Assembly: GCF_001735745.1 (NCBI RefSeq)
Contig: NZ_CP017260.1
Coordinates: 120,001 to 152,000, forward strand
From: Formosa sp. Hel1_33_131
GTDB taxonomy: Bacteria > Bacteroidota > Bacteroidia > Flavobacteriales > Flavobacteriaceae
Reading direction: 5' to 3'
Length of the DNA: 32,000 bases
The notes below the pieces were generated by a model. The model worked only from the letters and a program-made list of their open reading frames with translations. It did no database searches and had not been told where the DNA came from. Below, piece by piece: positions 9,142 to 17,663 of the stretch (within the stretch, counting starts at the first letter, position 1; every line of letters begins with the position of its first letter). Both the position numbers and the translations under genes were made by a program.

Positions 9142-10542
9142 TTAGATATGCAAGGCACGGTCTTCAGTAGCAGCAAGGGCTGCTTCTTTGATGGCTTCTG
9201 CAAATGTTGGATGTGCGTGTGACATTCTAGAGATATCCTCGGCAGACGCTCTGAATTCCATCGCCACTACGGCTTCTGCAATTAAATCGGCACAACGGGC
9301 ACCAATCATGTGAACTCCTAAAACTTCGTCCGTAGTTTGGTCGGCTAAGATTTTAACAAATCCATCCAAATCCATACTGGCACGGCTACGTCCCAAAGCA
9401 CGCATTGGAAATTGCCCTGTTTTATAAGCGATCCCTTGCTCCTTCAATTGTTCTTCTGTTTTTCCAACAGAAGCTACTTCTGGCCATGTGTAAACGACCC
9501 CAGGGATTAAGTTGTAATCAATGTGTGGTTTTTGACCCGCAATTGTTTCCGCGACAAATACCCCTTCTTCTTCAGCTTTGTGTGCCAACATGGCGCCTTT
9601 GACCACATCGCCAATCGCATAAATATTAGACGCAGAGGTTTGTAAGTGTCCATTGACTTCTACCTGTCCACGATCGGTGAGCTTCACCCCTGCAGATTCT
9701 GCATTTAAACCTGCGGTGAATGGGCTTCTTCCCACAGATACCAAACAGTAGTCGCCTTTAAATTCTACCAGCTCTCCTTTTTTGTTTTCTGCTTTTACAG
9801 TCACTTCATTTCCGTTGCGCTCAACTTGCGTGACTTTGTGAGAAACATTAATCTTAAATTTTTGTTTTCTAAATACTTTATTTAATTCTTTAGACAGTCC
9901 AGAATCCATGGTTGGAATGATGCGGTCCATATATTCTATGACTGTCACATCTGATCCAAGACGTTTGTAAACTTGTCCGAGTTCCAATCCAATCACACCA
10001 CCACCAATAATGATTAAGTGTTTTGGAATTTCTTTTAATTTCAACGCCTCAGTAGAGGTTATGATGCGTTCTTTATCGACCGTTGCAAATGGCAAAGTCG
10101 TTGGCTTACTTCCTGTTGCAATGATGCTATGCTTCGCTTCGATTTCTTCATTGGTATCACCAGTAATGGTGATATGAGTCGCATCTTTAAAAGCCCCCAT
10201 TCCATGATAGACATCAATTTTATTTTTGGTCATTAGAAAATCTATTCCCCCAGTGGTTTGATCGACAACTGCTTGTTTCCGACCAATCATTTTTTCGAGG
10301 TTGACTTTGATCTCGCCTGGGATTTCAATGCCGTGTGCTTCAAAATGCTTTACTGCATCTTCGTAATGGTGCGAAGAATCCAACAATGCTTTACTTGGAA
10401 TACAGCCTACGTTTAAACAAGTGCCTCCCAAAGTTGCATATTTTTCAATAATCGCAGTTTTCATTCCTAACTGTGCGCAACGGATGGCAGCGACATAGCC
10501 GCCAGGCCCAGATCCTATGATAGCAACATCATATGATTTCAT
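9142..10542 (-). CDS. lpdA: dihydrolipoyl dehydrogenase (E3 component)
   Basis: 466 aa. FAD motif IIGSGPGGY, redox disulfide GGTCLNVGCIPSK, second Rossmann motif IIIGGGVIGLE, C-terminal HAHPTFAE. Confidence 0.9.
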   Translation of the reverse strand: MKSYDVAIIGSGPGGYVAAIRCAQLGMKTAIIEKYATLGGTCLNVGCIPSKALLDSSHHYEDAVKHFEAHGIEIPGEIKVNLEKMIGRKQAVVDQTTGGIDFLMTKNKIDVYHGMGAFKDATHITITGDTNEEIEAKHSIIATGSKPTTLPFATVDKERIITSTEALKLKEIPKHLIIIGGGVIGLELGQVYKRLGSDVTVIEYMDRIIPTMDSGLSKELNKVFRKQKFKINVSHKVTQVERNGNEVTVKAENKKGELVEFKGDYCLVSVGRSPFTAGLNAESAGVKLTDRGQVEVNGHLQTSASNIYAIGDVVKGAMLAHKAEEEGVFVAETIAGQKPHIDYNLIPGVVYTWPEVASVGKTEEQLKEQGIAYKTGQFPMRALGRSRASMDLDGFVKILADQTTDEVLGVHMIGARCADLIAEAVVAMEFRASAEDISRMSHAHPTFAEAIKEAALAATEDRALHI

Positions 10543-10566
10543 AATAGATTGTTTTTAAATTTAATA

Positions 10567-10574
10567 CAAAAATA
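10567..10574 (-). promoter_or_regulatory. candidate -7 box TATTTTTG for lpdA
   Basis: Plus strand reads CAAAAATA. It lies 25 nt upstream of the ATG at 10542. Confidence 0.45.
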
Positions 10575-10608
10575 CAAACATATATTCAATGGAAGAATAA
10601 TTTGATGT

Positions 10609-11067
10609 CTAAATATTGACGGCCGTGGTATGTTTTACTTCTGAAATCACAAACATACTATTGTTACTGCCTATATGATCTATATTTGTGAGTTTACTCA
10701 CCATAAATTCCCGAAAAGACTCCATATCTTCGACATGTACTTTAAGCAAATAATCATAATCACCACTCAAGTGGTAAGCTTCCAATACCTCATCAATCGT
10801 AGCCACTTCTTTTTCAAATTGACGCACCAGTTCTTGAGAATATTTTACCAGTTTTATATGGCAAAAAGCGACAAATGCCTTGCCAACACTTTGCTTGTTA
10901 AGCAAAGCAACATATTTATCAATGACCCCCGCTTTTTCAAGTTTTTTGATGCGCTCATAAACAGCCGTCACGGACATGTCTAGCTTGGATGCCAGTTCTT
11001 TATTGGTTTGTTTGGCATCTTTTTGAAGAAAGTTCAGCAATTGTGTATCTATGGAATCTAATTTCAT
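10609..11067 (-). CDS. Lrp/AsnC family transcriptional regulator
   Basis: 152 aa. N-terminal HTH (LDSIDTQLLNFLQKDAKQTNKELASKLDMSVTAVYERIKKLE) and a C-terminal ligand-binding fold. Divergent from a PLP enzyme gene. Confidence 0.85.
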   Translation of the reverse strand: MKLDSIDTQLLNFLQKDAKQTNKELASKLDMSVTAVYERIKKLEKAGVIDKYVALLNKQSVGKAFVAFCHIKLVKYSQELVRQFEKEVATIDEVLEAYHLSGDYDYLLKVHVEDMESFREFMVSKLTNIDHIGSNNSMFVISEVKHTTAVNI

Positions 11068-11101
11068 TTTGGATAAATTTCTGGTTAAAAATAGTTTAGA
11101 T

Positions 11102-11109
11102 CAAAAATA
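11102..11109 (-). promoter_or_regulatory. candidate -7 box TATTTTTG for the Lrp/AsnC gene
   Basis: Plus strand reads CAAAAATA. It lies 35 nt upstream of the ATG at 11067. Confidence 0.4.
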
Positions 11110-11226
11110 TAAATTAATTATCTATATTTAGACTACTAATTAGTTTTATTTATTGAAAATGAATATAGTTGTTGTTTTTAATTCTAAATAGCTTCAAATT
11201 TGGGAAAACATTTAAACTAACTAACC

Positions 11227-12429
11227 ATGGCTTTTAAACCCGCAGACAACATACAAGACTTACAATATTTTGGAGAATTTGGAGGAGTCAATCCATCCAT
11301 TTCAGATGCGACGACCTTTACTTTCGTCTCTGCCAAAACAATGTCAGACACTTTTGAAGGCAATACCGAAGGTTGTCATTTATATGCACGTCACACCACT
11401 CCTTCTAATCTATATTTAAGCGAAGCCCTCGCCGCTTTGGAAGGCACTGAAACCGCCAATGTCTTTGGGTCTGGAATGGGTGCCATTACAGCAGTGCTTA
11501 TGCAACTCTGTGGCGCAGGCGACCACGTGGTGTCGAGCCGTACAATTTATGGAGGGACGTATGCGTTTCTAAAAAACTTTGCACCCAAACTAAACATTCA
11601 AACGAGTTTTGTGGACATTACCAAGCTAGACGTTGTGGAAGCGTCCATCACTCCACAAACCAAAGTCCTTTATTGCGAATCTGTAAGCAATCCCCTTTTG
11701 GAGGTGGCTGATATTATAGGGTTGGCAGCACTGGCTAAAAAATACAATTTACAATTGGTAGTCGATAATACGTTTTCGCCTTTGTCAATTTCACCAAACA
11801 AATTGGGGGCGGATATTGTCATTCACAGTTTAACCAAGTTTATCAATGGAACGTCTGATACCATTGGTGGTGTGGTCTGTGGCACCCAAGAAATGATTGA
11901 CAGTTTGAGAAGTTTGATCGATGGTGCTGCCATGTTATTTGGTTCTACAATGGACAGCCGTCCTGCGTCATCCATTTTAAAAAATCTTAGAACACTTCAT
12001 ATCCGAATGAAACAACACAGTATGAATGCGCAGTATTTGGCTGAAAAGTTTCAGAGTGATGGCATCACAACGGTTTACCCCGGACTGGAGTCGCATCCCT
12101 CTCATAAAATTTATAAACAGATGATGAATGCCGAATACGGATTTGGAGGCATGATGACGATTGATGCTGGAAGTTTAGAGAAAGCCAATGCGCTCATGGA
12201 ACTCATGCAAAAAGAAAACTTAGGATATTTGGCGGTGAGTTTAGGATTTTATAAAACCTTGTTTAGTGCACCAGGCAGTTCTACTTCTTCGGAAATTCCA
12301 GAAGATGAACAAAAAGAAATGGGACTTGGTGAAGGCCTGATTCGTTTTTCTATTGGATTGGATAACGATATTGAACGGACGTACCAACTGATGAAAGGCT
12401 GTATGAAAACGGTAGGGATTTTATCTTAA
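11227..12429 (+). CDS. Cys/Met-metabolism PLP-dependent enzyme (methionine gamma-lyase / cystathionine gamma-synthase family)
   Basis: 400 aa. PLP-lysine context HSLTKFINGTSD. The N-terminal YFGEFGGVNPSISD and the overall length fit the family. The exact reaction cannot be assigned from sequence alone. Confidence 0.7.
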   Translation: MAFKPADNIQDLQYFGEFGGVNPSISDATTFTFVSAKTMSDTFEGNTEGCHLYARHTTPSNLYLSEALAALEGTETANVFGSGMGAITAVLMQLCGAGDHVVSSRTIYGGTYAFLKNFAPKLNIQTSFVDITKLDVVEASITPQTKVLYCESVSNPLLEVADIIGLAALAKKYNLQLVVDNTFSPLSISPNKLGADIVIHSLTKFINGTSDTIGGVVCGTQEMIDSLRSLIDGAAMLFGSTMDSRPASSILKNLRTLHIRMKQHSMNAQYLAEKFQSDGITTVYPGLESHPSHKIYKQMMNAEYGFGGMMTIDAGSLEKANALMELMQKENLGYLAVSLGFYKTLFSAPGSSTSSEIPEDEQKEMGLGEGLIRFSIGLDNDIERTYQLMKGCMKTVGILS

Positions 12430-13448
12430 ATCCCTTTTATACGGGTCCAAAAAGCTTCAAAAGCGTCTTCACTCAGATCGGAGGCGTAAAATGGTGCGGC
12501 TTCCCAGCGGTCGTTTGTTTTGGTAATGGTGAATTTAAAAATAGAGGAGTTTGGATCGTTTTCATCCATCAATGGGTAGCGTAAATCTTTAAATAAAAAG
12601 GTATCTGGTGTGCCGGTTTCGTTTAAGTTATAATAACCACCACTAAACCACGCAAGGGTTTTTAAATCTTTGGGCATTCCTTCAATCAACTCATGGTTTT
12701 TAGGGAGTTTGTGCCATTTACTTATGGTGGCTTCTGTATCTAAAATCGAGTAAAATCCCACATAATAGGCATCGGCAGTTTCGGCAATGCCATACCATAA
12801 AATATTATTCAATATGGTGGGCTGGGTTTGAAAACGCAAATAATCAATTTGTTGCTGTTCCAACGCCTGTTTATACACCCCATGTACGTGGTTCTTATTC
12901 ACGAGGGTCAAAATCATGTACAGAGAACTGATCCCCAAGCCTATCTTTAGAAACAAGCGACGTTTGGCTGAAGAGCGTTTGAAACACATCATCACAATTA
13001 AGGCAATTAAAAAAGGAAGTGTGTATAGTGGGTCGGCAACGGCAATATTATTAAACGCGACTCTGTAATCTGAAAAAGGCGCAAACAGTTGTGTACCATA
13101 AGCGGTAAACGAATCTAAAATAGGGTGGGTAAAAATAGACGCAAAAAACAGCCACATCCATTGGTTTTGAGTGGTCATGCCAAAACGTTTTCCACGGTTA
13201 TAAATCCAAAATACCAGCATTCCAAACCCAACGGCCGCCAGAATGGCAAAGAGAAATGAGTGCATAAACCCCCGATGAAACGCCATCGCATCGATTTCGT
13301 TGTTGAAAAGCCATTTTCCGACAAACACATCCAAATCGGGAATGGTGCCACCAATCGCTCCAAAAAGCAAGGCACGGTTGCCAATTTTCTTTCCGAGAAC
13401 GGCTTCGCCACAAGCGGCACCTAATACAATTTGAGTGATTGAATCCAT
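12426..13448 (-). CDS. membrane-bound metal-dependent hydrolase (DUF457 / YdjM-YbcI-like)
   Basis: The track ORF begins at a TTG at 13466. I prefer the in-frame ATG at 13448 (MDSITQIVLGAACGEAVLG...IPDLDVF), which is the family-typical N-terminus. Several TM helices and a His-rich motif FMHSF. Confidence 0.65.
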   Translation of the reverse strand: MDSITQIVLGAACGEAVLGKKIGNRALLFGAIGGTIPDLDVFVGKWLFNNEIDAMAFHRGFMHSFLFAILAAVGFGMLVFWIYNRGKRFGMTTQNQWMWLFFASIFTHPILDSFTAYGTQLFAPFSDYRVAFNNIAVADPLYTLPFLIALIVMMCFKRSSAKRRLFLKIGLGISSLYMILTLVNKNHVHGVYKQALEQQQIDYLRFQTQPTILNNILWYGIAETADAYYVGFYSILDTEATISKWHKLPKNHELIEGMPKDLKTLAWFSGGYYNLNETGTPDTFLFKDLRYPLMDENDPNSSIFKFTITKTNDRWEAAPFYASDLSEDAFEAFWTRIKGI

Positions 13449-13455
13449 AGAGCCG

Positions 13456-13463
13456 CAAAAATA
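13456..13463 (-). promoter_or_regulatory. candidate -7 box TATTTTTG for the DUF457 gene (would give a near-leaderless mRNA)
   Basis: Plus strand reads CAAAAATA. Only 8 nt separate it from the ATG at 13448. Confidence 0.35.
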
Positions 13464-13473
13464 CAATTATTTA

Positions 13474-13618
13474 AAAGTGTATCGATTTTTTTTATATATT
13501 TATCCAGAATTTAAGCCCCAACGCTTTTCTTCACAACCGATTTTTCTTTTTTGTATTTGATTGTAGTGCTAAGAACCTCTTTAATAGAGTCTGTTTTGGG
13601 AATCTGCATTTTGAGGGG
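13474..13618 (+). repeat. intergenic conserved element, copy A (second copy at 17664-17810)
   Basis: Hand alignment of the core 13474-13565 against 17664-17756 gives 75 identical positions in 93 columns. It includes an identical 19-nt block ATTTTTTTTATATATTTAT. Further shared blocks are GTCTGTTTT and TTTTGAGG. Confidence 0.8.
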
Positions 13619-13733
13619 ATATTTAAATACTAAGTAAATGGCTCAAGGTCGAGAGGCTTTGTGCAGCAATGGAGTCATTCCATTTAAAGGCACAACTTTG
13701 TAAAATAAACATTAACACTTAAATACAAATATT

Positions 13734-14615
13734 ATGAAAAAAATAATTTTACTTTTTATTATCGCAACATGTTCATCTTATGCTCAAGATGTTGATTTAG
13801 CAAATTCTGTTGATTACATAAGAATTCAAAAAAATGGTGAATCTGGGTTTTCTAGAGCTTTTGGACTGAATTCTTCTAATCATATGTATATCGGTAGTGT
13901 TGAAAAAACTATTGGAAATATTTATTTTTTTAACAAAGGAACTAATCATTTAATGACTATAAAACCTGACGGAAATGTTGGGATTGGCACAACAAACCCT
14001 TCAGCTAAATTAGATATAACAGGTATCAGTACTGACCTACCAATATTGAAGTTAAGAAACTCTAAATGGGCTTGTAACCAAAGAACCTCTATTGAATTTT
14101 GGAATGGGGGATTAAAAAATTATCCGACAAGTAGAATCGTATCAAAAATGGATGGATGTGGTACACAAGGAGAAGCTCTTCTTTTTGAAACCCAAACTGC
14201 AGGAGAGACTAATCCTACAGTGAAAATGACTCTAAAAAACAATGGAAATGTTGGTATTGGCACAAAAAATCCATCAGAAAAACTCACCGTAAAAGGGAAG
14301 ATTTTATGTGGAGAAGTAGAGGTTGTTATGGAAAGTACCATACCAGCGGATTATGTATTCCAAAAATATTACACAGGCACATCTGCATTAAAAGCAGACT
14401 ACGTAATGCCTAGTTTAGAAGAAGTCGAAGCCTTTACAAAAGCCAACCACCACTTGCCAGAAGTCCCAAGCGCAGCCACTATTAAAGAAGAAGGTTTACA
14501 ACTTAAAGAAATGACCACCTTACTACTACAAAAAGTAGAAGAGCTAACGCTTTATACCATTGAACAAGAAAAACGTATAAAATCTCTTGAAGCAAAATTG
14601 GTTGAGAAAAACTAA
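13734..14615 (+). CDS. secreted tail-fibre-like protein with duplicated GNVGIGTxNPSxKL motif and C-terminal coiled coil
   Basis: 293 aa. Signal peptide MKKIILLFIIATCSSYAQ. Two copies of the motif (DGNVGIGTTNPSAKLDITG and NGNVGIGTKNPSEKLTVKG). C-terminal ADYVF...LPEVPSA...LLQKVEELTLYTIEQEKRIKSLEAKL heptad-like segment. Confidence 0.7.
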   Translation: MKKIILLFIIATCSSYAQDVDLANSVDYIRIQKNGESGFSRAFGLNSSNHMYIGSVEKTIGNIYFFNKGTNHLMTIKPDGNVGIGTTNPSAKLDITGISTDLPILKLRNSKWACNQRTSIEFWNGGLKNYPTSRIVSKMDGCGTQGEALLFETQTAGETNPTVKMTLKNNGNVGIGTKNPSEKLTVKGKILCGEVEVVMESTIPADYVFQKYYTGTSALKADYVMPSLEEVEAFTKANHHLPEVPSAATIKEEGLQLKEMTTLLLQKVEELTLYTIEQEKRIKSLEAKLVEKN

Positions 14616-14642
14616 GTTGAAATCCCATTTTACTCGTAACAC

Positions 14643-14686
14643 AAAAGGCTGATGAACTTCTATTAGTCAGCCTTTTATTTTTTTTT
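14643..14686 (+). terminator. rho-independent terminator after the tail-fibre-like gene
   Basis: Perfect 10-bp stem AAAAGGCTGA / TCAGCCTTTT with a 14-nt loop, followed by a TTTTATTTTTTTTT run. Confidence 0.75.
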
Positions 14687-14937
14687 AAACACCTACTATG
14701 TAGCACATTGCTTGAGTCGTATGGCTTAGGGTAGATTTCTAGTGGCTATTAGTAACTAAAAAATATATTATTATGAAGTATTTACAATGCATAATATTTC
14801 TACTTGTTTTTTTTACATCGAGTAGTATAATTTCCCAATCCCAGCTAGCGCGAACATCTTTTGCTCGTGCCGGATAAGAGAAAAGAAAACTTAAAAAGAA
14901 ATAATTGAGTAAGAAATTATAATATTTCCATAAACCC

Positions 14938-17505
14938 TTAATCCTTTTTCTTCCCACCCAAAAAGCTGCCAAGAATATCTTTAACCGGGTTTTTGGTCTC
15001 GGTAGATGTAGAATCTGTTTTTGAGGAGTTCCCTCCTAGCAATCCACCCAATACATCTTTAATTTGGTCAGTCCCTTGATTGATTAATTTTTGTTTCTGA
15101 ATGGCAATGAGCTGTTTGGTCAAGCTGGAAACACCAGAGGTCAAATCGGTTGACACCTTTGGACTTGTATAGCTGCCGCCAATGGTTGCAGTGACAGGAA
15201 CTGTGAGGTTTTCGGCCTCAGCATCACCAATGCTAGCAATTAAATTATTGACCTCATTTCCAAAGTATTTGGCAGGCACCTCAAAAACTGCATTATAGCT
15301 CATGGTTTTATCAAAACTGTGAGACCCTGCAACAGTAATTGTAATGTCCTCATAGCTCACGTCAAAAGGACTGACATTCACCGCTCCATTTTTAAAATCG
15401 AGCTTCGTTTTTAAGTCTTTTAAATCCAGCTTGTCAAAATCCACAAAGCTTAAAGCCCCTTCTAATTCATTAAAAACAGCGGCGTTTTTAGGTTCTACTT
15501 TGGTGGTCAACAACTCCGCAAAGGCGTCTCCAGTAATGGAGTTTAAGTCAGGAGTGAAATCGTTGGATAAATCTCCTGAAATTTTAAAGGTACTGTTCAA
15601 TTTCCCTTGCAATGCTTTGGCAATGGGTGCTATGTTTTGAAGTAACTCCAAACTGTTGAAGGATTGTGAAATATCAAAACGATCCACCCCAAGATCCAAA
15701 TCAAATATTGGGGTGTCTGGCTGCGTATCCACCGTACCGTTGATGGTTAAATTCCCATCAAAAATTCTGGACGACATATCTTTTAAAGTCGCTTTTTCGT
15801 CTTTTAGAACCACCGTTCCTTTCACATCTTCGAGCGTTAAATTGTCATAGAGAACTGTTTTCGCATCTGCTGTCAAAGTACACTCTAAAAACGCAGGGAT
15901 TTTCAGGGATTCTGTGGGTTCCGTTTCTGTGGACTCCCCATTACTTTCAGCCATAAAATCGCTGACAGCAAAGATATTTGAGTTGAGTTTGAAATCCCCT
16001 TGAAGGTTTTTATCACTTAAAAGAAATCCTAATAAATTATAAATAGTGCCCGTTGCGGCGAGGTCACTTTTACCCGTTGTGGCGACAAACGATTGAAGCA
16101 TCACTAATCCAGGTTTGAATTCAACATCTACCTTAGAGATATGAATAGGGTTCACCAATTCTTCAGAAGAAAAAACGAAGTTGGAAACCGCAATAGTTCC
16201 ATTGTTTTGTGTGCGTTCATACGCATTGGTTTCAATGGCATTCATATCAAAAACAGTGTGCAACTTTGCATTTAGTGTTCCGCTTAATTCGGTATCTAGT
16301 TCTACGGGATACGCTTTACTTATGTTTGCTAAATTTAAAGTCCCGTCAACAGTGGCATCCACCAACATATTTTTAGTGAGATTTTTAAGCGTTGCGGAGG
16401 ACTTGAATACATCTTGATCGATTCTAAATTGTAAATCACGAATGCTTACATAGGTATCATCCATATTTCCAGAATCATTTTTAATACTCGCATTGATGGA
16501 GATATCCTCTACACTTTTAGGAAGGCTGGGATATTTAAAGGAAGCATTGTTGGACACCATCTTGATGTCCATTTTTGGAATACTAGTTTCTGTCACCAAT
16601 CCTTTTACAAAACCATCAATTTTGAAACCGCCTGTAGTAGTCACGCCTTCAATGTCATTTGAATACGTTTCAGGGATGACTGCCAAAAACTCTTTAAATG
16701 TGGATCCTGTATTTTTAAAGGTAATATCCAGTTCAGAACCGTCTTCTAAGAGTTTTACAAAACCATCAAACTCAAGCGCCAATTGATTGATAAAAAATTT
16801 ATTTTCTTTAAAGGTGTATTTGTTTTTGACTAAATCTAAAGCGATGAGCGCGTCTAACTTAATAGAATTAGCATTCAAATAGTTGGTGTTATCCACACTA
16901 AAACTAACGAGCGCTTCTGTAGTGGTATTGAGTTCCGATAAATCGGTTGAAAAGTTTCCTTTTCCAGAGTGGTTCAATGCGCTGATATTTACAACGGTGT
17001 TTGACGTTTCATCAATATAAGTAACTGAACTATTACGAAGGGCATAATCCTCTATATTGAGTTTAAAATTAGTGTCACTTTCTGTTGAAGTGTCTTCTGT
17101 TTCTTTCGCTATATCGTAATTTTTATTTCCGTATTTATCTGATTTAATTGTTAAAATAGCTTCATCAATTTGGATGGAGTTGACGACAATTGGGCCTTCA
17201 CTTTCATTTTTAAACAGTTCCTTAACTGACATATCAAACGAAATAGATTTGACCGCTGCAAAGGTTTCCCCTTCAAAAGTCTGTTGATTCACAATTTTTA
17301 AATTCTGAACGGTCACATTCGCTTGTGGGAAACTGCTAAAAAGGCTTAAGCTAACATCTTCAAAATCAATTTGTGCATTCACAGAATCGTTTAAAAACGT
17401 CTTAACAGATTCTTTGATCTGATTTTGAAACAAAAATGGTGCTGCTATTAAAAGTATAAGAACAGTTAACAACGAAATACCAATGATTTTAAATAGTTTT
17501 TTCAA
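14938..17505 (-). CDS. AsmA-family outer-membrane biogenesis/lipid-transport-like protein
   Basis: 855 aa. Single N-terminal TM helix (IIGISLLTVLILLIAAPFLF). Long beta-rich body with low-complexity S/T/N content and a Gly/Lys C-terminal tail. The TTG start is forced: an in-frame TAA lies 15 nt upstream with no ATG between. Confidence 0.7.
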   Translation of the reverse strand: MKKLFKIIGISLLTVLILLIAAPFLFQNQIKESVKTFLNDSVNAQIDFEDVSLSLFSSFPQANVTVQNLKIVNQQTFEGETFAAVKSISFDMSVKELFKNESEGPIVVNSIQIDEAILTIKSDKYGNKNYDIAKETEDTSTESDTNFKLNIEDYALRNSSVTYIDETSNTVVNISALNHSGKGNFSTDLSELNTTTEALVSFSVDNTNYLNANSIKLDALIALDLVKNKYTFKENKFFINQLALEFDGFVKLLEDGSELDITFKNTGSTFKEFLAVIPETYSNDIEGVTTTGGFKIDGFVKGLVTETSIPKMDIKMVSNNASFKYPSLPKSVEDISINASIKNDSGNMDDTYVSIRDLQFRIDQDVFKSSATLKNLTKNMLVDATVDGTLNLANISKAYPVELDTELSGTLNAKLHTVFDMNAIETNAYERTQNNGTIAVSNFVFSSEELVNPIHISKVDVEFKPGLVMLQSFVATTGKSDLAATGTIYNLLGFLLSDKNLQGDFKLNSNIFAVSDFMAESNGESTETEPTESLKIPAFLECTLTADAKTVLYDNLTLEDVKGTVVLKDEKATLKDMSSRIFDGNLTINGTVDTQPDTPIFDLDLGVDRFDISQSFNSLELLQNIAPIAKALQGKLNSTFKISGDLSNDFTPDLNSITGDAFAELLTTKVEPKNAAVFNELEGALSFVDFDKLDLKDLKTKLDFKNGAVNVSPFDVSYEDITITVAGSHSFDKTMSYNAVFEVPAKYFGNEVNNLIASIGDAEAENLTVPVTATIGGSYTSPKVSTDLTSGVSSLTKQLIAIQKQKLINQGTDQIKDVLGGLLGGNSSKTDSTSTETKNPVKDILGSFLGGKKKD

Positions 17506-17663
17506 TGTTGATGGGATTTAAGGATTTATAATCACATTACAAATGTGATACAAAAAGTTGAAAAACACATTAATTTTAAATAAATTTTAAGTTCTATTGT
17601 TATTTATGTGAAAAGAGGATTTAAAAATAAGGGATGGTTGCAACAATCTTAACCACTTAGCTC

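Noticed and set aside
11068-11226. A possible SAM or other riboswitch upstream of the Cys/Met PLP enzyme gene
   Set aside because: The region is extremely AT-rich, with none of the GC-rich conserved helices of the SAM riboswitch classes. A divergent Lrp/AsnC regulator explains control of the gene more simply.
13175-13458. Two minus-strand ORFs (81 and 86 aa) plus the TTG-extended start at 13466
   Set aside because: They are alternative frames of the DUF457 hydrolase gene. The Trp/Arg/Cys-rich translations look like out-of-frame artefacts. The family-typical N-terminus starts at the ATG at 13448.
13638-13703. 21-codon ORF (MAQGREALCSNGVIPFKGTTL) upstream of the tail-fibre-like gene as a regulatory leader peptide
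   Set aside because: It lies outside the conserved part of the duplicated element, and no ATG or equivalent ORF follows copy B. I see no attenuator structure linked to it.
15431-16786. Four plus-strand ORFs (64-97 aa) within 15431-16786
   Set aside because: All are antisense to the 855-aa asmA-like gene and are Ser/Val/Phe-rich mirror-frame products with no start context.
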